Of a DNA stretch of 64,000 bases, positions 1 to 13,600 are shown in pieces (the stretch's first letter is position 1; every line of letters begins with the position of its first letter). The notes below the pieces were generated by a model. That model saw only the letters and a program-made list of their open reading frames with translations. It had not been told where the DNA came from and did not search any database. This DNA is from Paragordius varius. Lineage: Eukaryota > Animalia > Nematomorpha. The DNA lies in the NCBI GenBank assembly GCA_964247055.1, contig OZ176050.1, forward strand, positions 12,648,001 through 12,712,000, written 5' to 3'. The position numbers and the translations under genes were made by a program.

Positions 1-2307
1 AAAATAATATGCGGATTGATTTTGCATATAATTCGAATATTGAAATGACTTTAATTAATAATAAAACCCAAAAATAAAAGCACCATGGGACCAATGCTTT
101 ATTTGGTCTAAAAACTTTGGAAAATTTGCAGATTGACCCCGATAATGCAAAAGGGAACCGACTTCCATTATTGTAGAATATATCTAATTTTTAGTCGATT
201 TTTCTATTTTGAGCGCATTTTTTGAGCCATCTCAAGTCAAAAACTAGGGAAAGAACTTTAACTATTTTAGAAAACAAGGATGAATAATGATAGTGTTAGC
301 GCAATGTTTTCGGGATAATAATCCATAACTCAGTTAAAAAGTATAATAATAGCAGAAACCTGATCTAGGATTCCCTATTTGGTTTTATATAAGAACAAAA
401 TCAATTTATGACAAAAGGGAATGTAGGTACAGCTAAATTCTGCGGTTCCTTGTAAGTTAATTCTAGTTTAACTCATTTATTGATAATGATATTTTTGTTA
501 CAAAACACATGTTCATATGGCGATATCTGATTGGTTTATTTTATTTTCATTATCGTCTGCTATTTCCTATCAAACAAGCGTGATTTTTGCATTTTAAAAG
601 CTTTATTTTAAAATTATTTATACAGTGGTCATTAAAGTTATGTATTTTACCAATATTTACTTGCAAAAATATATTTTCTTAATACCAATTAAAACAGCTG
701 GTTAAAATACATATTTTCGGGTCCTCTCAATCTAATTTGTCTACACTGCACATAAATTTTAAACACAAACTGCAAATTATTGTTAATTGGCTAGTTTTTG
801 GGTACTCAATCATGCCATATTTTTTTACCCCTAAAGCTATTTAAATCATCCAGAATCATTCAATTCCTTATATTAATTGTGTTTAAATAAAATATAAATT
901 TAAATAATTTACGAGATAATTAATAAGTACTTTAACAACAAGTAATTTGTAATAATAGAGTTTCACACCTTAACTTTTGCATGGATTAAAGGTGTTATAT
1001 AGATATCAAATAACATGAATTTGATACATATAGTATATATCCGATAAAAAAATAATGAGACAATGTATGATGATGTTATTGAGAGATAATAAAAACCAAT
1101 TTGTCAATCACACTCTTCTTTGTTTAAGCTGGAAAATATAAAATCTTTTTTTATACTTTTTATGATAAATATAATCCATTTTCTCATCATGATATATATA
1201 GTATATATATTTACATGGGATTATATTTAAAATGGATTTGAACACTTTATTTTTTTTATCAGAAAATGATATTTTAATAATTTATATTTTATCATAATAT
1301 TTAGTAAGGTGATATTTAAAATTTTTAACAAAAAAAGTATCATTAAAACTATATGCTCTCATATTTCATAGGTGTAGTTATTTCGATAATTTATATAAAT
1401 TATAATAACTAATATTCGGTATAAATTTAATATAAACTTTGATAAAATTAACATCATGAAATTCTTTTTTTATTTGGAGAGCGAAATTTTTTAATGGTAT
1501 TGGTGTCCATTAAAATATAAATAATAATATCAACTCGTTTAACCCATTGCGTTTTGAAAGGGTTTTATAAAATAAAATCACCATATCCAAAACCTTTTGT
1601 CACCAAATATTTATTTTGGATTATTTGATATTCGCACAAAAATTCTGGAAAATTATATTATAATTTAATTTTTTATTAATATTAAATTTGATTATTGGTA
1701 AAAAATTGTAGCACCAATTATGAAAAAAACAGCTGTGTATCTTAATCTAACTTTTTGACTCAAGAAATTACAACACAGTCAAAAATTAAGGTTTGCCTAT
1801 TTAATTAAAAATTTTAGCCTCTTAGATAAAAAAAATTATCTTAAAATAAATTTTTCACGAATTTTTATTGTAATATGAAGTGTTAATAAATTATTCAATT
1901 TTACATTGGTCACAATACTTATTATACTTAATTAGCGTAAATTCTGACTGATGTTAAAAAGAGTTAGGCTGTGCTAATTAAAAATGTTTAGCAATGGTGT
2001 TAATTATAATTCTAAACTCCATTTTTGATATAAATGAAATACACCCCGTTTAAATGTATATATTTTATAAGAAAGATTAATATTAGGTGTGCAAATGTTA
2101 GGTCTCCGGATGTGGAATTTTATTGTCATGAAGCATTCCCGCCAATTCTTTTATCTTTGCATTGATCTGTAAAAAATATTTAATATTGTTTTTTTAAAAC
2201 ATTGAGGTTATTTCACATATTTCCTATTTTTATGCTATCGTTTTAGAAATTCCTACTTCCCAACCTTAATCTAAGATAACTAAATATAAACTAAAAATGA
2301 TTTCGAA

Positions 2308-2544
2308 GGGTGTCAAACACGCAGCCCTCTGGAATTCTGCAGCCCGCGAGAACTTTTAATAAGTAAAATGATTTTCTTAATCGAATTTTCTGAACATATT
2401 ACCCAAAATTTTGTCAATGAACTAGCAAAAAATGTTAAGCTAAATAGTAGTTTTTATAGGCTTTTAAAATTAAAAAAAATATTTGTTAATACTAATATAT
2501 ATTGCGAATGCGGCCCACGCAGCCGTTTGTGTTGGACAGCCATG
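2308..2544. mobile_element. hAT-type (Buster/Charlie-like) MITE, degenerate
   Basis: Left end GGGTGTCAAACAC and right end GTGTTGGACAGCCATG are inverted. Subterminal GCAGCCC/GCCCGCG/GCGGCCC motifs. Near-TSD ATTTCGAA (2300-2307) / ATTTAGAA (2545-2552). Same family as 8464 and 22112. Confidence 0.65.
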
Positions 2545-3129
2545 ATTTAGAATAAAGCCTAAATAAGATGTTTCCCGACAATTTCGACATTGGTATTTAA
2601 AATTTAGTTACCGTTATTATCATCAAATAAATCTTAAAACTAAATTAGAAAGATAAAAATAAATTCATTGGCGTGCGATTCAATTAACCCTTATTGTGAA
2701 CATAATTGGCAACAGCTGTGAATAATTATGGGACTCTTCCAATAAAGAATGCAAATAACTAAAGGTATCTTGGTGTGCTTTTAGCTTAGCGCTATTCGAA
2801 GTATCAACAGCTGATTTCTTTAGTCAAATAATCAATCTAACGTGTTTTGCACCTACCGCGTTTTCTAGAAATCTTTAACCTTTTCCGACATGAGCTGATA
2901 ATCCAAATTTTTGATTTTCCGAAGTAAGAGAAATTTTAAGTCATGATAGGAAAGCCAGGTTTCATTTTATCAAGAATTGAATGTTTTTAATATTATCTTT
3001 TGATTAGAAACAACTATCTCCAATACCATATTTCAAAAATATTAATATATTTTTCTTCTCTCCTATTTATTGTCCAACACTGTGCGGCATAAATCCCCCT
3101 TTAGAAGGAGACTGGCTTGATTTGGGTCT

Positions 3130-5400
3130 TTGGACCCATGACCATAGCTTCTGATATTTTATCATATTCGCTTTACCCAGCCAAGGTAAATGTATTCTGG
3201 AACTAGAGCAATTTGAATTTCCATGAATATTAGAACATTGAATTTGAGAGTTTATGTGTTTAATGTTGTAGAAACTTGAGGTTGCAGTGAGCTACATAGC
3301 AACATCGTGTCGTCCGCGTTGATATTGTACTACCGGCCTATTTATGCCAAACGATTTGTCTATATTTAGTATAATGCATCAATGCAATAGTTAAACAGAA
3401 TCGGTAAAAGAACGACACTTGTCGAACTCCGTTGTTGATTGGTACCCAATTGCTTGTAAAATTATTCTTAAAGTTGCATTTGAATATATGGATATTATTA
3501 TTTTATTAGATATACTAATATTCAAATTCATCCAAAGCATTCGTGTCAACGATATCAAAAGCTTTTGTAAAGTCGATGAAACATATTCAACGTATGTTGG
3601 AAACTATATCTCTACAACCGCGATTCGCTCTAAACCCTGTTTGAGTCTTTAACAATTCGGATTCTACCGTCCCTTGGATGCGTTTTAATATTTGAAATTA
3701 AATATCGCTTATAAAAGCTATAGTTCTGTAATTGTTTAAAGTTTTTTAAAATTGTCAAAAGTATGGATTTGTACCAATCTTTGGGAAAAGAAGTGTCGAA
3801 TGTTTTTTGGAATAATTTTGTGCGAATGTCAATCGGTAGGAGGCGGATTGCGGTTGGAAGGTCGTTATATTCTTCCATCCTTTGAATTGTTGTCGGTGAA
3901 TGATAGAGAGTCCATACAACTTTATTTTTCATGAATAGTATCTCCTGTTGATGCTGGTTATTGATGTTATCGGATTCCGTTAAAATGGAGCTTACAACAT
4001 GTTTCTCCTAATGTTGAACCAGTAAATTTTTGTTCAAGTCTAAGGCGCCTTCATTTTTATTTTTCATTGGGCCTTTGTATCCATTGTATGATATTGTCAT
4101 AAATAGTCGTTATTTGTGGCAGCATTATCGAGTGTGAGACGGATATTGTTTAGTGGCTATCTCTGTGGGGGCGTTTTTCTGATACTTCATGTCGAGTAAT
4201 CTGTATTTTCAAAAGTTTTTAAATAGCGTTGCTGCTTAACGATATTTGGCTCGATCTTATATTTTTTGTGATTAATTATAATGATATGTTTGGACGGGAA
4301 TGAATTCGTTGGCTGTACTAGTAGTTATTATATCGGGATACGATTATGAAATTGAATACAAGAAAGGGCAAAACAATTTATCGGACGCTCTATCCAGACA
4401 CGGTAAAATTTTAAACTATAAATAAATTTAACATAAGTAAAGAATTAGTGGAAAATGTGATAATGTTAGATCCACTGGCAAACAAATTTTAATCAGCAAT
4501 AAGGACAAATGATTGGAGTGATCCAAATATCAAAGAATTCCTATAAGTAAAAAATGAAATTCAAATATACTATAATCTTTTATTTGTGAATGATAGATTA
4601 CTAATACCCACATACTTGTAGCGGGACGTAATGAAATTCTTTCATACTGGGCATAACGGAGTGATATCGATGAAACAACAAGCGAGACAATCTGTATATT
4701 GGCCAAACTTAGAAAGAGATTTAGAAAATTTTGTAGAATCACGTGAACCGTGTCAAACGAACAAGACTAATAAGGAAAATCCAACGTGGAAATGGAATTT
4801 CGACACCGCATTGTGGGAGAAAATTTACATCGATATAATCGGACCCATAGACGGCTATTTTTGGTTAGTCACGATTGATAGTGCTTCCAGATGGGTTGAG
4901 TTGGATTTACATAACCATGGGCTCTTAGAATCATCATCAGTATTCACTGTATCGAAAATGTTCTTAAGGTATATTGAAAATCATTCGCTATTGGTGAATA
5001 ATCCAATTTAGGATTATATCCCGTAGTGTTGTTTTAAGTGGGAATATTTAAGTTTACCACCCAGGATATGTTTTTACATTTGTAAAAATTAATTTATATT
5101 TTTTTTCCGAGGAAGTCGATTTGTTTTCGGTATGATGAATTTTATGTGTATAGGCATTTTTGGGTTGATAAAAGAAGGAGTTTGAGATGCATACATTGTT
5201 TTCCATGCAGAACTCTGTAATGCATTCGCTTCTTTCGCGTTTATTATCAAGTCCATTCGCCAATGATAGCGTTAAAGTTACCCATGCTATATTGATAATA
5301 TATGATTCAAAGACATGGAATGGGACATTATTACTGATGTTAATTTCGAAAAAAATTCTATATTATTTATGTTAATATTTTTTGTAGTTATCCAGATAGT
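3130..5400 (-). mobile_element. RTE-clade non-LTR retrotransposon relic (APE endonuclease + RT), disrupted and interrupted by a Gypsy fragment
   Basis: Minus-strand motifs in the expected order: MGNFNAIIG (5285-5259), EFCMENNVCISNSFF...VKTYPG (5054-5263 ORF), SPW, FPKDWYKSILL, QTGFRANRGCRD, ICFIDFTKAFDIVD (~3586-3546), GVRQ..LPILFN (~3430-3395), NADDTMLL (degenerate YADD, 3320-3297), EYIYLG (~3196-3181). Contains stops and frameshifts. Outer limits are approximate. Confidence 0.9.
4295..4905 (+). mobile_element. Ty3/Gypsy LTR retrotransposon pol fragment (RNase H end + integrase N-terminus), no LTRs
   Basis: SGYDYEIEYKKGQNNLSDALSR (4333-4398), integrase Zn-binding region HTGHNGVISMK...VYWPNLERDLENFVESREPCQ, and WEKIYIDIIGPIDGYFWLVTIDSASRWVE. 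Flanked by a TTGGA direct repeat (4290-4294, 4901-4905). Confidence 0.9.
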
Positions 5401-7545
5401 TATATTTTAAACAATATGTTGGGATTGAAATGGTTTGGTTTAGGGCCCAACGACTCAGGACAATATTTTTCAATAGAAGTAATTGTTTGATCCATATCGA
5501 TATCGCAAATTAGCGCATTTTATGCATGTAGGCCAAATGTTATTATATATCATGTACAACATTACGTACAATAAAAAATGTAAACAGACAAAAGACAAAT
5601 TTTAAAGGCAACCATACTTTTAACCTTGATACCCTCCATAGACTATATAAATATTGTAGTAAGTCAGCAATTCTATTCCCTATTTTTTAATACAAAACGA
5701 TGTTTATTGATAAAAAAATACGGTTTAAAAGTATGGTGTCTTTTTTAGAATAATATCTGTATTTTCATATTTCGTCTATAAATTATAAATTTTTACTGCA
5801 TAATAATTAATAGTTTCGAAAGTCTAAAAATTTTTGACTTGACCGAAATGGGCTATTTTTCGATCATTTATGCATAGATTATGACACTAATAAATAATTT
5901 GCAATAAGCATACTTAGCTTTAAAATTTAAATTTTGGGTAATTTTATTTTGTTGAAGCATTTTCGCTTTGATAAAATTTTTACATTATGTCATGGAAAAA
6001 TACTTGCAAAAAATTTTCATTATCATTCAACAGCCTTAATAACGAATATTATAATTTTAACCCTTACATATGTTTAAGTGGGAAGGGGGAACCAAAAGTG
6101 TCCAAGTTTAAACACATAGCAAAAAAATAAGTTATTCTGCTTATTTATTAAAAAATTTATCGTGATAAACAAACTATAGGTGTATAGAGAGTTTAAATAT
6201 AATGTCCACAAAAAAATATTTTAATAAAATATATAGATTCTGATTGGAAAATGTATAAAGTTTATTATGGTGCTTGTTTTGGCCCTTACAATTGATAATT
6301 ATTTGCATTTTTGTGGCAACTGTTTCATATCAGAAAATGTCGAAATTTGCCATTCAAACAATTATTTTTTGGATGGAAGCTAAATGCCTCATTCCAAAAA
6401 ATATCATTAAAATATATCACATATTACATATAAAATGCAAAACAATATTTTTAATTTTGAAAGTATGCTCTGAAAGTCTCAAATTTTTAGATCCTGACAA
6501 AATGGGCAAGTTCTTTAATTAAAGGCCAGATGACCGAGATTGCGTGATAAAATTTTTAAATAGGATAAATTTTGACATCAAAAAAGTTTTTCCCGAAAGG
6601 ATTTTGCTTAACAATTAAATTAATATCAAAATTTTGATGAAGCGTGTTTTATGATTTGAAGCATGGTAGAAACGGTATAACAAAACTTAAAGTTATAAAT
6701 ACACCCTTTATTTAGTTCGATGATACGAATTTTAACCTCAGAATTTTGATTGAAAATTCGATTGCCTCCAAATTTATAAATATAAATTGTTTTTTTACAA
6801 AAATTCCTTCATATTCGAAAGCAAACAAACAATAATATTAAAATTTTGAGATGATATTCGATATCCCCCAATTATATAGAAAGAAATATCATTTTATACT
6901 GAAAAATTGTTAAAATGAAATTTTTAAACAAAGTATGCACTTTCTCAAAATTTTTTTTGATGCCATAATGTAATCTATATATTAAATATTTTTATCTCAG
7001 AGTCTTGTAATTCGTTTAATTGTCATTTTTGTAGAAAAACATTTGGGACCCTCACCTCACACCCAAAATATAATTCATATTGTTTTGTTTTTCATATGTA
7101 GTATATGATATATATTAGTATATTTTTTAAATAGAACATTTAGCTTTCACCAAAAAAATTATATTTAACAAAATAGGCATAAATTTTGCCATTTTTGGAT
7201 ATGTAACAATTGCATCCAGATTCTCATTGATCCACTCTTATGGTAATAACTTACAATAAAAAAATTATTTTAACACACATTATGTCATAATAATTTTTTT
7301 GATAAAAGATATAGTAATTGGGTAATATATTTCAAAATAAACAAAAAATATAAAGCGATACATCTTAATGCATCTAGAGTTTTAAACTTGTAAACACTCA
7401 CCATATCATACAACACTATTCAACCTGAGCCTTTTACATAGCAAAATCGTGCATATATTTAAACTTCTGCATTTTGACATAGCTTTAATGGATTTTTGCA
7501 ATCTTATTTGTCATAAATAAATTTTGAATAATATTTTTAAATCAT

Positions 7546-10500
7546 TTAATGTAAAGCTGATATTCGTTTTCCCGCATAGAATCGACGTAGACCTTGATTT
7601 ATGCCGAGGCCCATCATAGCGGAAAACCACCAATAGAGTACCAAGCCCTAAACAATAAACAGATGGGTATCAAATTATTGAATGAAAAACTATTAATAAA
7701 TATTATCAAACAATATTTATGTTCAACAATATGAGAAAAGTAATGTGTCGTGTTATAAATTTTTTAAAGACATTTGGAATAGTTTTTAAAATATTAACGA
7801 ATTAAATATTATTACGACTTCAGTGTTATTTTAAATTATCAGCGCTCAAAAAATAACATTATCTAAAATATTATTTGCTAAAGGTTGAAAAAGGATATAT
7901 CACTACTTTAACATAACTTACAACAATTTAAATATTAATTCAAACATTTTATAATATTATATTTGATAATAAATATAAAAACCGATGGAGCCAAACAGGA
8001 GATATAATACATGAGGAATACAGAAAACCGCATTCCCCATTTCATCAAAGTCAGGATTTTGCCAGAGCTAAGAGGCATAATATTTTTTGAATCCTTCTTC
8101 TCAATAGCGTTGGCTGAAAAATTTTTCGTTTTATTATTGGAAGGTAGTGTCATCTATGAAAAATGAATATTCAATGTAGATATTAATAAAAGTATTTTTT
8201 GAAACTAAAGAATTAAATTCGTATATACGTCATAAATACGATAGAAAATATAAATAAATTTATTGAAATTTCAAATTTTCGCAAAAAGGCACCGTCGATT
8301 CCAAAGAGCTCCTCTTAATAGATGGTTTGAGTGTTTGTAATTATATTTTATGTGGAAATTTTCCATAAAAATAAGCCATAGGCAGGAAAGTGTTAAAGCT
8401 TTAATATGTCCTTGACAGGATTCATGCCCTATATATTTAGCAAATAAAAAAGATACTCTAAACCAGGGGTCTCCACGCGGTCCCTGAAACTTTATGCGTG
8501 ACTACCAAAAAATTTGGAATTCCTTAATTATAAAAATATTTACACAAAAATCTTTATAATATAGATATTTCTTAAACATTTATATAAATAAGTCTATCCA
8601 ATTGACAAAAGCTAGAAATTGCTATATTGTGTTTGCATTTTACAGTATTATGTTTAAAATCTAAGAAATTATTTATAAACGTCAATTTAAATTTCATATG
8701 CGGCCCGCGAAACCATTTGTATTGAACACCTATGCTCTAAACTATATATTATTTATTTTTTTATTGGTAAATTTATTAAAATTACATGATATTATAAATC
8801 AACGTCTACCTAAATAAGGGGGAAAAATCCTAATAATAACCATAAATTATATTTTTTTGGTTTAAATTTTTTTCTTAAAGCAACTTACATAAAGATAATG
8901 AATAGACGTTTTAGCCGTGGAAAAAAAGTACAGCTCAAGGATTAGAAAAGGTGCACTCTTTATACAGAGCGAAGAAGATGGTTTACTTAATCGCCGTCAA
9001 GAGAGAAAAGATATAAACCCTGAAACTAAATCGCTTATCAAAAATTATCGAATTTTTGATCACAAACCAGTTTACAGTGTAGATATTACTAAAATTTATA
9101 AATTTTGTGTTTTCATTGTTTTATGTCAAATTATTATTATTTATAGCATTGCAATCATTATTTTATAAAAAAATTCACATTAGGTTATTTTATATCACAA
9201 CGGTTTCTTTATGATCTTTCATTCTTTTGTCCACTAACGGTTCTTTTGTGATTTTTTCCTATTTAAGTAATATCAACCATGATTTTGTTCTTTTTTGTAA
9301 TTTAATTTTTATTTTCTTATATTATGTTATTTTTCTTGATGATGCCTATGGCGAAAATTTGAGAATTAATAAATTATATTTTATTTTCGCGTTATTTTCC
9401 GACGATTCCAACATCATAAAACACATTATGTTGGAAAAATTTTGCATCAGGTTTTTTAAAAAAACACATTGAAATTAATATACCAAATGCCTCTCAAGAA
9501 ACCATAAAAGCTTATAATACCGGTCACTTATGGCCTCAAATTTTGAGTAATTTTTAAATAAACCATTTCAAATTCAAACTCACCCTCAAATTTTTCGATT
9601 TTAAAAATAAGTCACGTGTTTGCGGGATAATTTAATTATTAATATGAAGGCATAATTATTTTCTCAATAGCTTTTTAATTTTAAATAAAATTTTATCTTT
9701 TAAAAATATGAAAAATATAAGTAATTTTAATCTTAAAAAACTTAATTATTTTTAGGGTGAATTTTGATTGTTCAAGGGTTATATTAAAGTGCATATGGTA
9801 TATCATATTAAAATGAGATAAAACTGAAGAAAATTTTGGATTCGAATCAAAAATTTTGCTGAAACTCACTTTCCAATTTTATGATAAATTTTAAATTTTT
9901 TTACAAACACCCACTTGTATCGCAATTAAGTTTGTCATTAGAAGTAATGTTGGAATAATAAATGACGGATCGGGTGTACATAAATTAGAAGCGGTTAAAA
10001 AACTTTCATTAGATAATTGGCCAAATTGAATATTATTTGGATTTATTGTCATGCACCTTATAGCAACAGACATCGAAATCCAAAATGGTAATTGTACCAA
10101 GGGATACAAATAGTTCTTATATGGATGACAGTTATCACGTGTATAAATGTCCCTTAAAATGTTTTTCAACTATATGATTTATATTATATGCATACTTTAA
10201 GGTTATATAGGCTCTTAACTTGTTTAAAATCTAGGGATAATTCTTTAACAGAGTCGGAAACATCATGTTTAATCAGGGGCACTATTTCAGCTAACTCGCT
10301 TTGCAAAGCGGTTAATTTCTGAGTATTTTTTATTTGCAAAGTTGTACAAGTTGTTGATAAGGTAGTTCTAGTTATTATAACGTACAAATATTTACTTTAA
10401 AAATAGGGTTGAAACAAAAAAAGTTTGAGTCCAATTTAAATTTAGTGAATCATGTATGGATATTAGATATTTACTGGCTAATTTAACCAGTAAAAGGCTT

Positions 10501-10586
10501 TCGACGTCGTATAAATTATACCAAGAAAATTTTCTCACACTAACATGTGCGTACAAGTTTGAAAACCGCACAATGCGATTAAACAT
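7546..10586 (-). CDS. COX18: Cytochrome c oxidase assembly protein COX18 (Oxa1/YidC family), 5 exons, ~296 aa
   Basis: Exons 10586-10396, 10367-10196, 10169-9915, 8153-7983, 7647-7546; all GT-AG with consistent phase. Contains IYTRDNCHPYK..LVQLPFWISMSVAIR, DPSFIIPTLL, APS-GLVLYWWFS and an N-terminal mitochondrial-presequence-like segment. Introns 1 and 2 are 28 and 26 nt. Confidence 0.85.
8464..8734. mobile_element. hAT-type MITE in COX18 intron 3
   Basis: Starts CAGGGGTCTCC and ends ATTGAACACCTATG. Perfect 8-bp TSD CTCTAAAC (8456-8463, 8735-8742). Subterminal GCGGCCCGCG. Confidence 0.85.
9563..9798. mobile_element. MITE family B (CCATTTA...TAAATGG ends), degenerate copy in COX18 intron 3
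   Basis: CCATTT..AATTCAAACTCACCCT at left and TAGGGTGAATTTTGATTGTTC...ATGGTA at right. Internal blocks shared with 30775, 45525 and 59476. Confidence 0.6.
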
Positions 10587-10637
10587 ATGTTTTGTGTCGA
10601 TTTAAATTTTTAAATTTAAATTTTTTTGCATTGTAAA
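10587..10637. promoter_or_regulatory. Putative bidirectional promoter / 5' UTR space between COX18 and the MFSD5-like gene
   Basis: Only 51 bp separate the divergent ATGs (10586 minus, 10638 plus). Contains repeated TTTAAAT (ATTTAAAT at 10600-10607 and 10614-10621). Confidence 0.6.
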
Positions 10638-13600
10638 ATGGATTTGTTTCTCATATGTTTTATTATTTTATGCATTCTAAGTGCATTATTATTCTTTGGA
10701 ACAAAAACTGTTTTGCCCACGCCAAATGATATAAATTATATCGTTTTGAAACGAGCCTATCTTGTCGTATATCTCTTAGCTATCGGTAATTTTGTTTTCA
10801 TATCAACTGTTTACCCAAAAATAAAAAAAATATTAATTTAAATTGTCACTTCTATATATGTAGCTGGAGATTGGTTACAGGGACCGTACGTTTATGCTCT
10901 TTATCAAAGTTACGGTTTAACTGCTCACCAAATTGAAATTTTGTTTGTAGCCGGTTTTGGTTCTAGCATGATTATGGGTACTTTTGTAGGAGCGCTTGCA
11001 GATAAATAGTAATCTTTTTTCAAATAGAATATGTTAATCCTAATTTATTTTAAAATATTCTTGATTTTTATTAACTTATTTTTAAAATATCCCTACAGTG
11101 GACGACGTTTCAATTGCATTCTATATGGAATTCTTTATGGATGTTCATGCTTAACTAAGGTAATAAATACATTTTAATTTAAACAAAACGTTTTTATCAC
11201 AATCTATAAACCAATATTTATTAAATTCTAAACAAAAATGTAACCCAATACTTTATTTATATTATGGGTATATTCGATTATATCTTAAATTATATTATAT
11301 TTTTGATTATATTATTTGTTCATTTGAATCTATACAGTAGCGTATGGCATAAAACATGATTAGTCCATAAAAGAATAAAAAAATGTTTTTTTTTTAAAAA
11401 AAACAACCCAAATTGTATATACATATATCCATAATATCCCTTGTTTTTTTTAAAAAAAACATATTTTTATTCTTTTATGGACCAATATAGTTTTATGCCA
11501 TACGCTACTGTAATTTTACTAAACCGTAAAATTATATATATATATATGTCACGCAATTCATATATTGCTTTGTTTTTTTTCTAAATTTTCTAACTCATAT
11601 TTTACAAAATGTGCCTTTTATATCGAACCGAATCATTTATTATTGATTTGATTCAATAATCTCATAAAATTAATAAAAAAATTTATTAAACAAAGAAATG
11701 TTTGATATACTAGACGAATGAATGATAAATTTATTTTTTCCATTTATTTTCCTTTCTGAAATTACCTGTTACATCTTTATTTAAAAGTAAAGTAAAAATT
11801 TAATACTTAAATAAAAGTGAAAAATGCATAAAATATAATTTATATTTATTAAAATTCATATTGATACATATTAAAAGTGGAAAAGATGCGTTTTTATGGA
11901 AATATATTAGGTGAATGCACCTTCACGTTATACTATTCCTCATAATGTATATAATCATTAATGACTCTGATAAAAATTAGCTTTCAATTTTATATAAAAT
12001 ATTTTTTATTAAAGGATATTTTTTTACAAAGACATAAATGGTGAGATGTGGGTAAATTATCTAATATAAAATAAAACCATATGCTTTTTACAATTTAAAC
12101 ATTTTAGTGAATTTAATAATCGAAAGCTGCCTGATACAATTTTCAAAAAGATTAATACAATTAAATTTCAATCATGACTTATTTTTTAGCACTTTTCAAA
12201 CTTTTGGATTCTGATGGGTGGCCGACTACTTGGGGGCATTTCCACCTCCATTCTATACAGTGCTTTCGAATCCTGGCTTATTTATGAAAGCAATAGCGTA
12301 TGAGATCTTATCTATTTTGATAAATTTTTCTTTTTGTGTTAATTAAAACACAAATCCCAACTTGGATTTAGAACAATTTTTCATATAAAAACCGCTGTTT
12401 AACCTGTAACAATTACCAAATCTACGGTTGATTTAGACCGAATTTTATTTTTTCAAATATGTTTTTGAGCAGGTTTTAATTTTGGCAGTTACAATAAATT
12501 AATTGTAATGGTTATATAAATTTTGATATTTTTGCATAAATGCAGCGCTGTATAGATTCTTCGGGGTTATCAGCAATATTTTCCCGAGCCTACATGGGTA
12601 ACTCAATAGTTGCCATTGCTTCCGGGTTAGCGGCCCAATTTGTAGCAAATCAATTTGGATATGTGTAAGTAACTTATGTTACCCTGGTAAATATTAATGT
12701 GTAACAAACATCATTTTAGATGGTTTTATTAAAAGAATAAAATCATTTTAACATATTTTTGTTACAATTATTAGTTTTAAATAATCCTCGATTTTCACCT
12801 AATTTATGATAAACAACTTAAAAATAAGATCAATGAACACTTTTTTGCCATATAATATTTCAAAAAAACGTAGTTTTTTTATTTCCTGAAAATATACAAT
12901 TCTTGATTGATCTTTTGGTTGTTTAAAACACATTTTGGTTAAAAAGCTTTAATGATTTACATATTAACATTTTTTTTTCATAGGGCTTCATTTGATTTGG
13001 CTTTCATAGTTTTGGCCATCATGATAGTTGCTATCGTATTTAATTGGAGTGAAAATTATGGAAACCACAAAATAAACATTCATTCAACATTTCTCAACGC
13101 ATTTACCCACTTGAAAAATGGTTTGTTTTGTTAAATTTTATATATGGATTTAATTAATTTCATATCTTTTTTATCGTTCATTTCCTTATAAATGAATTAT
13201 GATATTTACATTTTATTATGAATTACACTAAAAATACCATAAAAATACCTTTATTTTTCAGCATTATACTCTATAAACGACAAAGCTTTGTGTTTATATT
13301 CAAAATTGTCCCATATAAATAAATATATATATATTTACTATTTTTTAGATTATAAGATTGTATGTTTGGGAATAATTCAATCGCTGTTTGAAGGCTGTAT
13401 GTATACATTTGTGCTAGAATGGACCCCGGCTTTATCTTTAAAGAGGGTCTCAACTTTGAAACAAAACGCAAATGTTCAGAATAATTATGAATTCAATCTT
13501 TCATACAATGATACACCTACAACATACACGGGCAACACGTTAGATGAAAAAAGTATGAAAATATTAAATTTTTATTACGCGTAAAATTGAAATTATACGG

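Noticed and set aside
8917-9168. 83-aa ORF inside COX18 intron 3 as a nested gene
   Set aside because: GTG start, no homology I recognise and no supporting exon chain; more likely decayed TE sequence.
6517-9540. Weakly inverted GGCCA..TGACCG ends that would enclose COX18 exons 4-5 in one large element
   Set aside because: Similarity is short and degenerate with no TSD; independent relics are more parsimonious.
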